Shown here: piece by piece, positions 17,483 to 28,541 of the stretch
Layout: each line of letters opens with the position of its first letter
Numbering within the stretch: the stretch's first letter is position 1
From: a candidate division WWE3 bacterium RIFOXYC1_FULL_40_10
GTDB lineage: Bacteria > Patescibacteriota > WWE3 > UBA101185 > UBA10185
Direction: 5' to 3'
Length of the DNA: 64,000 nt
Assembly (NCBI GenBank): GCA_001773215.1
Contig: MEWB01000001.1
Span: 550,099-614,098 of the forward strand
Notes under the pieces: generated by a model
Told to the model about the DNA's origin: nothing
Database searches by the model: none
Seen by the model: only the letters and a program-made list of their open reading frames with translations
Program-made: the position numbers and the translations under genes

Positions 17483-18288
17483 CGCCTAAATTCTCCTGTA
17501 TTTATGCGCATATCAAGTTCCTTATCGTATATCCATTTTCTCTTACTCTTGTCGTCATAGTAGTGGAGTATGTGCAGCCGATAAAAGACAGCCAGTGTAT
17601 CCTTAATCATTTGGCGAACTGAAGGGTTAAATATCAATACTGCCTGGTTAAATTTAGAGTTCTCCCTAATATCCAATTCCAATTCTACGGGTGCCTCATA
17701 TATTCGCTTAAAACCCAGCCTTTGCGCAACTGCCAAAAGTTCAATGTCGAAAGCAAATGCCTTAACTATTAAACGGGGTAACACTTTTTCCAATACCTCT
17801 CTTTTAAAAACTTTGAGCCCTGCTTGAGTGTCTCGCACTTTTAAACTAAATAGTGCCTTGGTAAGGGCATGATATCCCCAGCTATAAAGTTTTCTCATAG
17901 GAGTAAGTTTTACCTTAGAAGCAGGATGTCTTTTACTGGCCACGATTATATCTGCTTGATACCAAATCATATGTTCCAATACCATAGAAATCCCGTTTGG
18001 ATTAATATCAAATCCCGAATCAATAAAAGCTATATAATCACCGGAGGCTCTTGCCATACCATATCTTACTGCATACCCTTTTCCCCTATTGGTGTTGTAT
18101 CCGACAACGATAACTTTGTCATTCTTTACTTTTTTGGCCTCACTCAAGGTATTGTCAACGTTACCATCTACCACAACTATAATTTCATAGTCCCATCGGG
18201 TGCTAGACATAACATCGCATATCCTACGGATGTTATCCTTGATTGACTTTTCCTGTTTATAGGCTGGTACGACTACTGTTATTAACAT
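17479..18288 (-). CDS. GT2 polyprenyl-phosphate glycosyltransferase (Dpm1/Alg5-like)
   Basis: NRGKGYAVRYG, DTQAGLK, FAFDIELL. Confidence 0.85.
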   Translation of the reverse strand: MLITVVVPAYKQEKSIKDNIRRICDVMSSTRWDYEIIVVVDGNVDNTLSEAKKVKNDKVIVVGYNTNRGKGYAVRYGMARASGDYIAFIDSGFDINPNGISMVLEHMIWYQADIIVASKRHPASKVKLTPMRKLYSWGYHALTKALFSLKVRDTQAGLKVFKREVLEKVLPRLIVKAFAFDIELLAVAQRLGFKRIYEAPVELELDIRENSKFNQAVLIFNPSVRQMIKDTLAVFYRLHILHYYDDKSKRKWIYDKELDMRINTGEFRR

Positions 18289-19534
18289 AATCTCGTATCA
18301 AAAAAACTATAAATATCACTAAAACTACTAAAGTTACTGCAATATTCACATTAATAATTTCAAGCAAATCGCGGTGGAAAATATTCAATAGCACAAACTG
18401 AACAACTACTGCAGGTAATAATACTATAGGAAGTTTATACTTTTCAATAGCCAAGAAGAACAATGCCAAAAAGTTAACTAATATATATAGGGCGATAAAT
18501 ATAGAAAATCGGGGCAATAAGATAATACTGGCCTCAAAACGAACTCCGAAGAATAAATGAGTCAAAAAACCGGGAATCGCCGAAAACACACACAACCCCC
18601 CTAAAACTAGTATAAGTTGGAAGGCCAAAAATTTCACAAACGTGTCTCTATAATTCGTTTTGGATGAGAACAGCTTAGCGATTTGAGGAAACATTACCGT
18701 AGCTACTGTTCCCGCCCCAAAAAGGAAAATTTTCCCAAGCGTTACAACCCCTGCATAGTAACCAACATCTACAGAGGGAAAGTATCTTTTTACCATGAGT
18801 ACATCTATATTATTTAGAACCATCATTCCTGAGTTAAACAACAAAGCGGGCATACCGACTATAAAAAGCTTTTTATACAACCCGTCCATCTTGATACCTT
18901 GTGGGGAAACAAAATGCTTTTTCAACAGAGCATACCCAAACAAATACGCCAAAATGCTGCTAAGTAAGAAGCCCACAAAAACCCCATACAACCTGTATCC
19001 CAAAAATACGAGCACGGTCGGGATTATAAATCGTACTACTCCAGAAAATACTGAGTAAACTGCGTATGATCTAAACCTCAATAATCCCTGCAAATAAGAT
19101 CCCGGAATTATCGGCAAAAAGCTAGTGCTTAAAAATAGACCGTTCACAATAATCAAAAAGTAATCACCAATTTTCAAATAACTGTCTAGGAATGACCCGA
19201 ATACTATAAAAATCACCAAAAAAAGCACACCCAAACTGAGTAATCCCAAGGTAAGTTTTGAGAATAATTTAGATAGTTGCGGTAATTTAGACTGGCCAAA
19301 TAATTCTGAAACCAGTTTTGTTATCGAAGTATTAAAAACTATCGTTGGTATGCCCACTAAATAGGCTAGAGAAAGTAATGCATTGAATGTGCCATAATCT
19401 TCAACACTCAAAGAACGTCCCAAATAGAATTGCAAAAGATAACTAAATACAGAGCCCATCAGTAACCCCGCCGTTACAACAACAGTATCCTGTATTACCT
19501 TATCCTTTAGTAATTCTTTTGTGCGATCTAGCAT
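18257..19534 (-). CDS. Wzx/MOP-family oligosaccharide flippase
   Basis: About 12 TM; LGRSLSVEDYG, NIDVLMVK, VGYY. Confidence 0.82.
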   Translation of the reverse strand: MLDRTKELLKDKVIQDTVVVTAGLLMGSVFSYLLQFYLGRSLSVEDYGTFNALLSLAYLVGIPTIVFNTSITKLVSELFGQSKLPQLSKLFSKLTLGLLSLGVLFLVIFIVFGSFLDSYLKIGDYFLIIVNGLFLSTSFLPIIPGSYLQGLLRFRSYAVYSVFSGVVRFIIPTVLVFLGYRLYGVFVGFLLSSILAYLFGYALLKKHFVSPQGIKMDGLYKKLFIVGMPALLFNSGMMVLNNIDVLMVKRYFPSVDVGYYAGVVTLGKIFLFGAGTVATVMFPQIAKLFSSKTNYRDTFVKFLAFQLILVLGGLCVFSAIPGFLTHLFFGVRFEASIILLPRFSIFIALYILVNFLALFFLAIEKYKLPIVLLPAVVVQFVLLNIFHRDLLEIINVNIAVTLVVLVIFIVFLIRDYVNNSSRTSL

Positions 19535-21136
19535 TTAAACTTTTTTGTATACCTTGTAAACGTCTACACCTCGAACCTTAATAGTATCAACAAACTCGAG
19601 TTTAAATCTATCTTCTCTTGGGCCACTATCATCCCAAATTGGAAATACAAAATAAGTAGCATATCTCGACTGAGCTGAAATATTGTAAATCGTAGCCCAT
19701 CCGCCAATATCCCTTATAAAATACTGCACTTGCGTATAATATTTCTCCGGAAAAGCCACAACAAGAGTGTTTTTAACTTGTCCTGTTCCGATCAATTTTT
19801 CAAGCGAAAAATCCTTTGGGGCCGCTTCTATATTATTCCTCTTCATTTCTCTTTTGAAGTAGCTTTTTACTTCTTGAATGCCAATCATCCACTTAGGCTC
19901 AATAACATAAATGCCTGTTTTCAAGCCTCCAAATAAAGGGTTGTAGTGTGATAAGTAATCAGGCAGATAGAATAAAATTACACATAGACCAAATATAACT
20001 AGGCAAGCCGTTTTTACATTAGGTTTAATTTGAACATGTGCTAGTAGCCAGTTATAAAAGAAACTACTTATCAAGGTAATCACCATTAAATTAGGCAAAA
20101 TATAGCGATCTAATTTTTTAGTAGGAATTGTCAGCTGAATGAAGTAAAAGAAAACAAACAGCCCAAGATAGGTAATAACCTTTTTTTCTTTTATATCCAG
20201 TTTTCTAAATACCAAAATTGCTCCAACAAAACCAATTAGGGTCCAGAATGAAGCCCTTAACAACAAAACGACAAAATAAAACGTTAATCCCGGATTTGAT
20301 ACATAAGAGCCAAAATAAAATTGGAAGTGCTCATCTTCGATACCTATTTCGGAAATTCCTCTGTACATGGTTTGAAGTGCTAACTGGGGGTGTGTCCACA
20401 TTGCCGGCCAAGCTACAACAAATGTAACTAGGAAAACAACCAGCCACAAAGAAAAGTAGTACCCTACTTTTACTAGCTTTTTTTTTCCACCACCAAAATC
20501 AACAAAAAGCGACATACCTAGAACTAATCCAACGAAGGGTAGTAGAAAAAGAGCCGAAGTTTTAGTTAAAACCGAAAAACCTGCAAAGACAGCCGATATC
20601 ACAAAGTCTTTGGTAGTAAACCTTAGAAGGAAACAATAAAAATACAGTATCGATACCAGCATAAACGTCGACATCATCCCTTCCAAATGGAACACGCGGG
20701 TCAGAGCCAAATAGAGAGGTTCAACTCCTAAAAGCAGGATCGCGAGCAGGGCAGTTTTTTTATCAAAAATTTTAGTGAGAGCTAGATAGGCAAATGCCAA
20801 TCCTATTCCAATAACGATTACTAGGAGGAATTTTTGGGTAAAGTGCAATTGAAATACACTGCTTACCAAATTGTCCGGAGGATTCTGGTGCAATATAACC
20901 GAATAATATCCATTAAACAGCTTAATTCCGGCAGTACCAACCCACATTAGGGTAACCCCCGGGTGATATTTTTGAATTGTTTTTTCAAAATTTAGGGTAA
21001 ATACACCTGTTGAGAAGTCATAGCTTCGCGCCTTCCACTTTAGAGCATCAGTATTGAAAATGTCCTTTCCCAACATTGGTAAGCGAGATAAAACAAAAAC
21101 CAAAATGATTAGTAAAAAAATCCTCGATTGTTTCAT
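19535..21136 (-). CDS. GT-C membrane glycosyltransferase
   Basis: NTD..W, HPGVTLMW, LTKT, KKLDRY; multi-TM. Confidence 0.8.
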   Translation of the reverse strand: MKQSRIFLLIILVFVLSRLPMLGKDIFNTDALKWKARSYDFSTGVFTLNFEKTIQKYHPGVTLMWVGTAGIKLFNGYYSVILHQNPPDNLVSSVFQLHFTQKFLLVIVIGIGLAFAYLALTKIFDKKTALLAILLLGVEPLYLALTRVFHLEGMMSTFMLVSILYFYCFLLRFTTKDFVISAVFAGFSVLTKTSALFLLPFVGLVLGMSLFVDFGGGKKKLVKVGYYFSLWLVVFLVTFVVAWPAMWTHPQLALQTMYRGISEIGIEDEHFQFYFGSYVSNPGLTFYFVVLLLRASFWTLIGFVGAILVFRKLDIKEKKVITYLGLFVFFYFIQLTIPTKKLDRYILPNLMVITLISSFFYNWLLAHVQIKPNVKTACLVIFGLCVILFYLPDYLSHYNPLFGGLKTGIYVIEPKWMIGIQEVKSYFKREMKRNNIEAAPKDFSLEKLIGTGQVKNTLVVAFPEKYYTQVQYFIRDIGGWATIYNISAQSRYATYFVFPIWDDSGPREDRFKLEFVDTIKVRGVDVYKVYKKV

Positions 21137-22617
21137 AAAGTATACTTATAAACTATCAGCGGCGGTCCCAATTTAAAGGAGTTATCAATATCTAATACTA
21201 AAGTAGGTTTTACATTGGTAGGCAGCTCCCTTAAATTGAACTCCCCATCGTCATACACAACCATGTACCCGCTGTGATAGCCTGTCACCTTTCCCATCCC
21301 TTTGTGAACCGGCTCTGATATCCTTGCTGCCACCGGTCCAAAACTTGAATCCCTATAAAATACCGGTTGCCCTGGAGGAACGTTTTTTTGAATCCAATAG
21401 TAAACCAGCTGCCTGGTATCCCCTTGAGTAAATTTGAGCGAATCCAAGGCAGCTAGAACTAAAGGAACAACGAATACTGCAATAGCAAATAGTTGTATCA
21501 GTAACTCCCGCTTTTTACCCATCCAGTTGATCAAACTCGACAAACCAATGCCGAAAGTCACACAAACGAATGGATAAGTTATCATAAAATACTGCGATCT
21601 AAGTATCTTAAACCGCGCTAAGTATAAAATCATAAAAATCGACACAATCATAGGTATGATTAGATAAACGTCTGAGGATACCATTCTTTTTTTAAATAGT
21701 TTTAGTGCTGTATACAAAACAAACAGCGCATAAATAATAAAAATCGTATACCCAAAGTTCTCCGGAAGCTGTGAAAATAAAACGTGGGCGAGGTTTTTCA
21801 AGTAATCAACTCCTCCCACGGAACCCACGTTCGCAAACTGCCAAAATGCACCGGCAGGGCCATCCGTTCGAGAAAAAGTGTCAAAGTCCAATATCGAATA
21901 AGGCGTACCTACCACAAATCCTACAACGCATGCTAGTCCAGACAAGACAAGTAGATGGATTTTCTTGAGAGGATTTTTGTACTTTACTAGGTGGACTAAG
22001 GCTACACTCACACACCCTAAACCCCCGTTATACTTAGTGGATGCCGAGAGCCCGATAAAAAATCCTGCCAGCAGGTAATTTTTAAGGTCCTCGTCGTAGA
22101 CTATCCGGGATGTAAAGTACAAGCCCCATGCTAGCAAAAAGACCATCGGAACATCAGGAAGCGCATAGTGAGCATGATGAACTGCAAAGGGCAGAATGGT
22201 AATAGCAAGCGCGGCAAAGATACCGGCCTGATTATCCAACAGTTTTCTCCCGGTAAGATAAACTGGGATTGCAGATAGTGCTCCCAATATTGCTGTAAGA
22301 ACCCGAGATAAGAAGTAAAATACTACGCTGTCATCCAGTAGCAGAGGTACCCACTGCTTCATGAAATCCAGCGCTCCAAAATCGATATAAATAGTTCTAA
22401 GTTTTGCAAATACCATGTACATAAAATAATTAACGTAGACGTATAAATGCGGCCAATCGAAATGGTGTGGGTTTGCATAGAACCTAGTACCCAAAGCAGA
22501 TCTCACAATAGTGGGCTCATCCGGATGTAAAATAAAAGGAAATCCGTGAGTAATACCTGCCAATCTTAATACCAGTCCTAGTAGAATAATATAAAACAGT
22601 AAATTCTTCTTACTCAT
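21133..22617 (-). CDS. GT-C membrane glycosyltransferase (ArnT/PMT-like)
   Basis: LHPDE, STKYNG, multi-TM, DTR before soluble C-terminus. Confidence 0.82.
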   Translation of the reverse strand: MSKKNLLFYIILLGLVLRLAGITHGFPFILHPDEPTIVRSALGTRFYANPHHFDWPHLYVYVNYFMYMVFAKLRTIYIDFGALDFMKQWVPLLLDDSVVFYFLSRVLTAILGALSAIPVYLTGRKLLDNQAGIFAALAITILPFAVHHAHYALPDVPMVFLLAWGLYFTSRIVYDEDLKNYLLAGFFIGLSASTKYNGGLGCVSVALVHLVKYKNPLKKIHLLVLSGLACVVGFVVGTPYSILDFDTFSRTDGPAGAFWQFANVGSVGGVDYLKNLAHVLFSQLPENFGYTIFIIYALFVLYTALKLFKKRMVSSDVYLIIPMIVSIFMILYLARFKILRSQYFMITYPFVCVTFGIGLSSLINWMGKKRELLIQLFAIAVFVVPLVLAALDSLKFTQGDTRQLVYYWIQKNVPPGQPVFYRDSSFGPVAARISEPVHKGMGKVTGYHSGYMVVYDDGEFNLRELPTNVKPTLVLDIDNSFKLGPPLIVYKYTL

Positions 22618-24160
22618 ACCCGTATATTCTCCAATATTCTAGTCCATTAACATATACAGAAGAAAGTTTTACAAAATTAGCCTTAACGAAAGCTGAGTCG
22701 CCGATGAAATCTTCATTCATTCCCAATACGACCAGTGTGTTCTCCGAAGGTGTCTCTATCCTTATATCTATTATTTTGCTATTCGGGTAAATGGCGCCCA
22801 TCGGTTTGGTATCAATAAAACCAAGCTGAGGATACACTCCATACTTGGGATAGTAGTTTTTAGCAAGGTGATCTTTCAACTCGTAGATTGCTATACCAAA
22901 AGGTTTTTGAGCGATTATTTTATTTGCATTTATCGCACTTCCGAAAAGTGGGCTGGTAAAGGTAAAGTAGTAGGGGTAGAAGGTAATCAAAGGTGACACA
23001 ACAGTTAGCCAATATAACCCGATAACACCAAAATAGTAACTGTATTTATTCGTTACAAAACCCCTAACCCATACTAATGTTTCCAGGCACATCAGCCCAA
23101 ATAAGGGATAGACAACTAACGAATATCTATCTATTTTTTTCGAAAATATGGTCATCAAAACCAGATAGGAAACATAGAAAAGCCCGGTAAATAGGGAAAA
23201 ACTCCACTTGGAAGTGCCTTTTTGGAAGGCTTTTTTGGTCTGGAAAAACACAAAAAATACCATACCGGCAACCGCAAAAACCGAGCTTTTAAGTACTAAA
23301 TCAAGGAGGTAAAACAGCGGACCTCCGTTAAGCGTGCTTTCACCAAACACTATCTGCGGATGGCCATCCCTAACTCCTACGCGTTCAGATTCCGAAAAAA
23401 TTTCAGTCAGATAGTAAACCGGTTTAACCCAAAGAGCTGGAAACAAAGCAAAGGTGACTACACCAAAAGCCAGCATTATTAATATGAAATTCTTCACCCA
23501 AATACTATTTTTAGTGCGAACAAAGTAAATGGCATAAACAACAAATAAAAACGGCAGTAATATTACCCCTATACTTTTTGTTAAAAACGACAACGAAATA
23601 AGCGCACCCACCAGCAAAGCATATCTAAACGAAGGTTTATGGAGCTGTATCCACGTTGCGGTCAAAGATAAAAACACAAACAGAGTCAGCAAAACATCCA
23701 TATGATAAAGCCTGGAATTTCCTACAAAAAATGGTTCGAAGCTAAATATTGATATGACCAGTAGTGCTTTATTAAAAGAAAGAATCTTAGATAGGAAAAA
23801 GAGAAGTAATATTGTAATAATTAGCTGGGCAAAAACCAAACTAAACTTTGCCACGATATGAAAGGGAGTAAAATTAAGATGATTGTAAAATTGCTCTCCG
23901 GTAAGTTGTTTCAAAATTTCAACGGGGATTCCCGTAATCCACATCAACGTAACCCCGGGATGGTAATGCTGGTAAGTTTTTTCAAAGTCGAGTGTTTTTA
24001 AGCCCACAATAAACTGCTGAGATCTATGATGCCAATTTACACCGTCGGGGTTAATTTCGTCGTAAGGCAGATAGGAAAGTCGCGTTAGCAAATAGGCCGC
24101 GATAAAGATTGTTATGAGAATAAGTCTGTAATGCTTAGCGATTATTTTCTTCAAAAACAT
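22610..24160 (-). CDS. GT-C membrane glycosyltransferase, paralog of 19535..21136
   Basis: NPD..W, HPGVTLMW, LTKS, KKIDRY; start taken at ATG 24160. Confidence 0.8.
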   Translation of the reverse strand: MFLKKIIAKHYRLILITIFIAAYLLTRLSYLPYDEINPDGVNWHHRSQQFIVGLKTLDFEKTYQHYHPGVTLMWITGIPVEILKQLTGEQFYNHLNFTPFHIVAKFSLVFAQLIITILLLFFLSKILSFNKALLVISIFSFEPFFVGNSRLYHMDVLLTLFVFLSLTATWIQLHKPSFRYALLVGALISLSFLTKSIGVILLPFLFVVYAIYFVRTKNSIWVKNFILIMLAFGVVTFALFPALWVKPVYYLTEIFSESERVGVRDGHPQIVFGESTLNGGPLFYLLDLVLKSSVFAVAGMVFFVFFQTKKAFQKGTSKWSFSLFTGLFYVSYLVLMTIFSKKIDRYSLVVYPLFGLMCLETLVWVRGFVTNKYSYYFGVIGLYWLTVVSPLITFYPYYFTFTSPLFGSAINANKIIAQKPFGIAIYELKDHLAKNYYPKYGVYPQLGFIDTKPMGAIYPNSKIIDIRIETPSENTLVVLGMNEDFIGDSAFVKANFVKLSSVYVNGLEYWRIYGYE

Positions 24161-25022
24161 AGAAAACCCCACCTACTAAACTAACTACTAATCTAAAGAA
24201 GTGATAGAGTATAGAAGCTGTAAACGCCAGTTCTCTTCCTACTCCTACATAAGAAAACACTTGGATATATAGGGCATCTTGGACACCCATGCTGTTTAGG
24301 GAAGGAATGAAAAATCCCGCCAAGGTAATCATGGGAAGCACAACTAGAGCGTAAATAAAAGGTACATCTAAACCGAGAGCTCTAAATACAAAATACTGCG
24401 TAAATACAGAAAGAAACTGTACGACAAAAGATGTGACTAACGCAAATCCGAGAACCTTTTTCTCGGCCCGGTACAATGAAAAGGAGCCGTAGAGTTTGCT
24501 AAAAATACTGTGTTTGGTTGATAAAAATCTGAGTACATACAGACCCAAAACAAATAAGAGTAAGAAGCCTATTGTTAGAACCACCGACCAATAAGATAGG
24601 TACTTCCACAGACTCACAAGGGAAATTAGCATGAGACTTATAACTCCGGTAAACCGTTCCATAAAGGTAGCTGCAAAAGAGTCGGAAGTGCTACCTATCT
24701 TTTTACCTAGTTTGTAGATTTTATACACGTCCCCCCCAATGCTTGTAGGCAGAAAGTTATTAAAAAAGGATCCCACAAAGTAAAGCCTAGTTAAATACCA
24801 AACAGATACTTTGTTCCCGCCTTCGTGTATCAACAGGCCTTTCCATCTTATTGAACTAACCACATAATTTAGGACTAAACACAAAACGATTAGAACTGCA
24901 TATATTGGCTGAAAGTTTGAGAAGTTACCAATTAATATTTTAAGATCGATACTGCGAAAGATAATCCAAAACAGGACTATGCTCACTAGTATTTTTATAA
25001 CCAAATTAAGCTTTTTTTTCAT
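24135..25022 (-). CDS. Lysylphosphatidylglycerol-synthase TM domain / AglD2-like putative flippase
   Basis: IRW, FFNNFLPTSIGGD, MER, GVQDA motifs. Confidence 0.82.
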   Translation of the reverse strand: MKKKLNLVIKILVSIVLFWIIFRSIDLKILIGNFSNFQPIYAVLIVLCLVLNYVVSSIRWKGLLIHEGGNKVSVWYLTRLYFVGSFFNNFLPTSIGGDVYKIYKLGKKIGSTSDSFAATFMERFTGVISLMLISLVSLWKYLSYWSVVLTIGFLLLFVLGLYVLRFLSTKHSIFSKLYGSFSLYRAEKKVLGFALVTSFVVQFLSVFTQYFVFRALGLDVPFIYALVVLPMITLAGFFIPSLNSMGVQDALYIQVFSYVGVGRELAFTASILYHFFRLVVSLVGGVFYVFEENNR

Positions 25023-26442
25023 ATTTTAATACCCTCGGCATAAATCCGGCGACCTTGCTACCCCATAAAAACAATACCATTAATATTACAAACAAAGCTA
25101 TTTTGAAAAAGGAAAAAGGCATCCAATTTAAACTGCTAATAAAACCTGCTTGTAGAAGTAACACCCAGTGATCGATATTGAAAAATTTAAATTTAATAGA
25201 AAAGGACATTACTAAAAAGGACAAAAGGCTTCCGACAGCGATACTCCAAGACATTGAGAGTAGAGGATCTTGGCTGTTTTTGGTGAGCCAGAAAAAACCC
25301 AAACTCCCCATTAAGAGAACCAAGTAGCTTATAATCATATGCCACGTTAACTTAGCGGGAATCAGCACACTGGATTTAATTAGATTAATAAATGAATAAA
25401 AGATGAAAGCAAGAAGTAATGGCAAGATTAAAGGAATCGAAGCAGAATACTCAGCCAACTTTTCAGCTCCCAGTAACAGATATACAGCCTCTGTTACCCA
25501 GTAACAAGCACCTATAGCAAAGAAAAGTACTATAAAAAATAATTTATTAAAATTAACTTGAAACGCTGTTTTAAACGTATCGATATCTTTTACATAATGT
25601 TCGGAAAAAACCGGTAAACTCACATCTGTGGCTGAGTCGGAAATATTCATCAGCTTTTTAGCATATAGCATTGCGAACGCAAAAATAGCTATCACTTGAG
25701 TCGAGCTGAATATTCCCAAAACATTCGTACCAAGCTTTTCCCAATTTGTATAAATAATTTTCACAAAGTAAATTGCAAAACTAATTGAAAACAGATCTCT
25801 GAAAAGCCTTTTGAAATCATCCCTTGATGGCATTTTAAGGTGCCCTTTTAATGGGTAAAATGCCAAAACTGCGAGTATAACACTGGCCACTGCATTAAAT
25901 CCCAGCAAGGCCAAAAAGAACCCATTCACTTTGTATAAATAAACCAAAGGGATATATAAAAACAAACTTATAAAAGCGATAACAACCTGATAGCCGAACA
26001 ATGTTTTAAACCGCTTAGTGCCGGAGATGACTGAGTTTAATATGCTCTGGAAACCTTGGAAAAGTAGGGTAGCGGCATATATTTTTAGAGGAACAATCAA
26101 TCCACTGTTTTTATAAAAGGAAACAGCTATTTTTTCGGCAAATAAAAATAAGCCAATCGCCAAAGGAAGAGTAATGCAATAGCGTATCACTGCAGAGGTA
26201 ACGAATATCTTAAATATTTCATCTTTATTTTCAGAGGCCGAAACTTCCCTAGTGCTGGCTGATGCTAAACCAAGATGCTGATATATTCCCAAAGCACCTC
26301 CGATAGACACTGCCAGCTGAACTAGTCCCCATTCGGATTGGGTTAGCAGACGAATTATGACAAAACTTTGGGCAATACCAATTAGGGTAGCCATGCCCCG
26401 TGATAGAAAACTCACTATTTGCCACCTTCCAATATCTATCAT
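25006..26442 (-). CDS. Wzx/MOP-family oligosaccharide flippase
   Basis: 12-14 TM; IIRLLTQSEWG, HLGL..A.TR. Confidence 0.78.
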   Translation of the reverse strand: MIDIGRWQIVSFLSRGMATLIGIAQSFVIIRLLTQSEWGLVQLAVSIGGALGIYQHLGLASASTREVSASENKDEIFKIFVTSAVIRYCITLPLAIGLFLFAEKIAVSFYKNSGLIVPLKIYAATLLFQGFQSILNSVISGTKRFKTLFGYQVVIAFISLFLYIPLVYLYKVNGFFLALLGFNAVASVILAVLAFYPLKGHLKMPSRDDFKRLFRDLFSISFAIYFVKIIYTNWEKLGTNVLGIFSSTQVIAIFAFAMLYAKKLMNISDSATDVSLPVFSEHYVKDIDTFKTAFQVNFNKLFFIVLFFAIGACYWVTEAVYLLLGAEKLAEYSASIPLILPLLLAFIFYSFINLIKSSVLIPAKLTWHMIISYLVLLMGSLGFFWLTKNSQDPLLSMSWSIAVGSLLSFLVMSFSIKFKFFNIDHWVLLLQAGFISSLNWMPFSFFKIALFVILMVLFLWGSKVAGFMPRVLKYEKKA

Positions 26443-26443
26443 A

Positions 26444-28540
26444 TTAATTAATAGTTATGTCTCCTAGGTAAATACTTCTGGTTCTCACCTTGTTTCCCAT
26501 ACCAACCAAATACTTATAAGTCCCCGGCTCTAGAAAGGTAGGAGGGGTAATATCAAGGTATTCAATATAATACTTTTTAAACTCCCAATCCTCGGGTTGT
26601 TTTAGTGCAAATGAGGGCAAATTAGCGGCCTGGTAAATATCCCCGGTTTTAGTATTTACCAATGAATTAAACATTATGTAGTCGTCAAGAGATTTCGAAC
26701 TACCGCGATAGTATACTATCTTTGCGGTTCCGTGTTCGCCACGAGAAAGAGTTTGGGGTAACTCGAAGTCCGCAATTTCCAAACCCATAAACATCTCCAA
26801 CTTGGGTTCGATAGACACTTCGTAATTATTTTTCTCCTGAATTGGGAGCAAGTCCAAAATTTGCCTGTTAGGCGCCTTCTTAAATACAAACATATTACCG
26901 CAACCATATTCTAGGCTGTAGTAAGGGCTTGTAAGCAAATTCCTTACCACATCCTTTACCAAGTCGGACTCAACATCGAGAATATTTAGAATTTTCTGAG
27001 AAAATACATCAACGATAACATAGTCGGCTTGATTATATAGAGCAGGAAAAATAGCATAAGTTTCCCTCATCGATAAATGCGCTCCTAAGTAGTCAGGACC
27101 GGATATTGAGGCGGTATCGGGTATATTCTGCACTATTTTTTCGGCACACTCCCTATCTTTGTTATCCAGTTCAGACAGGCTAACTACATCCCCAATCTTT
27201 AGCTGTTTATTAAATATCTCGACATCGCTTTTGGCAAACACTCTTCTAACAACTGCTTGATTCAACCACAGATATACCGGGTTGTTAAATATATACGAAG
27301 TATATAAGTTCATTATTACAAGTAGAAAAGACAAAGCTACCAGTATTTTTCCAAGTTTGATTTTTCTTAGCCCTATCCTTGCAAACAAAGACTCTAGGAG
27401 TGAACCTAGGTAATGGAGAGCATATATTGCAGCCAAAAACAACACAGGAATAATCATCGAAACCCTGTGATTGTAAATCTCGGAAGTCCCGATTCCTCCC
27501 GCAGTTGTCATATAGTTTATAAAGAAGTCAGGTGCAGAAAGCAAAAGCAGTTGGGGAAAAGCTAGAGGGAGAAAACCCAAAGGCATAAAGGTTTTTATCA
27601 AATTATCAGGCTTGTCGCCCCCAAAGAAGACTTTTATTGCCAATTTATGATCTAACAGTGAACTAATAACAACATCCGTATAAGAGTCTCCAAACGCCTC
27701 ATACCTGTTTAAAAAGTAGTTTGGTAGGGCAACGTCCCGAGTAGAAGCATCTGATAGTCCTAGAGATTCCGTAAATTTCACATAACCGTCAACTCGATAA
27801 TGTGCATTAGATGGGATAATAACTACAAAAGCCATTAGAAACCATAAAATACCGGAAATTACTAAAGCAACACCTGTTTTTAGTTGTTTTTGCCTGAAAA
27901 TTGCGATAAATATACCCCACATAACGATGTACAAAGGGATCTGTTCCTTCCCTGACATAGTGATTACAACTAGGAGCCAAAACAGTATCCACTTCTTAAG
28001 AGTCATGTCGTTATTTATATAACCCCTTTCGAAAATATAGAATGCTAAAAGAAAAAAAGGTATTGCAGCAGAAACCCCGTGAAAACTGGTTCGGGTGTTA
28101 AGATAGCCTATTGCCGGATAGAGTAAAAACGATATGCCTACAAAAGAAGCTGCCCATTTATTTTTAAATTTGAGGTCCGAGATTAAATAAAGAATAAATG
28201 CCGAGGATATCACTAGAAGTAATTGTGAAATGACCAGAGTCATTGGACTGGGAAAGAGTGCAAAAATTGGCACGAAAATGAGTAAAATCGGATCAACATG
28301 GCTCATCGCCCAACGCGGCAAGTTTGTACCAAAATAATCGGTTAGGTACATGAACCTTCCGTGAAGTGTGTTCCACACCATTTGAGTCATATTGCCCAGG
28401 TCAAACTTTCCAAAATCAAAGTTGTCATAAGACGCCCAGTTCATTCTTAGAGCAACGACAAAGTGTATTAGCGCCACTGTAACCAGCAATATCTGTGGTA
28501 AATATCTTAATACTTTAGCCAGTAAATTTTTTAGTTGCAT
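26444..28540 (-). CDS. DUF2079-like membrane protein (GT-C fold candidate)
   Basis: FDLGNMTQ.VWNT.HG, HVDPIL, FH, KE motifs; start taken at ATG 28540 (TAATATG). Confidence 0.72.
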   Translation of the reverse strand: MQLKNLLAKVLRYLPQILLVTVALIHFVVALRMNWASYDNFDFGKFDLGNMTQMVWNTLHGRFMYLTDYFGTNLPRWAMSHVDPILLIFVPIFALFPSPMTLVISQLLLVISSAFILYLISDLKFKNKWAASFVGISFLLYPAIGYLNTRTSFHGVSAAIPFFLLAFYIFERGYINNDMTLKKWILFWLLVVITMSGKEQIPLYIVMWGIFIAIFRQKQLKTGVALVISGILWFLMAFVVIIPSNAHYRVDGYVKFTESLGLSDASTRDVALPNYFLNRYEAFGDSYTDVVISSLLDHKLAIKVFFGGDKPDNLIKTFMPLGFLPLAFPQLLLLSAPDFFINYMTTAGGIGTSEIYNHRVSMIIPVLFLAAIYALHYLGSLLESLFARIGLRKIKLGKILVALSFLLVIMNLYTSYIFNNPVYLWLNQAVVRRVFAKSDVEIFNKQLKIGDVVSLSELDNKDRECAEKIVQNIPDTASISGPDYLGAHLSMRETYAIFPALYNQADYVIVDVFSQKILNILDVESDLVKDVVRNLLTSPYYSLEYGCGNMFVFKKAPNRQILDLLPIQEKNNYEVSIEPKLEMFMGLEIADFELPQTLSRGEHGTAKIVYYRGSSKSLDDYIMFNSLVNTKTGDIYQAANLPSFALKQPEDWEFKKYYIEYLDITPPTFLEPGTYKYLVGMGNKVRTRSIYLGDITIN

Positions 28541-28541
28541 A

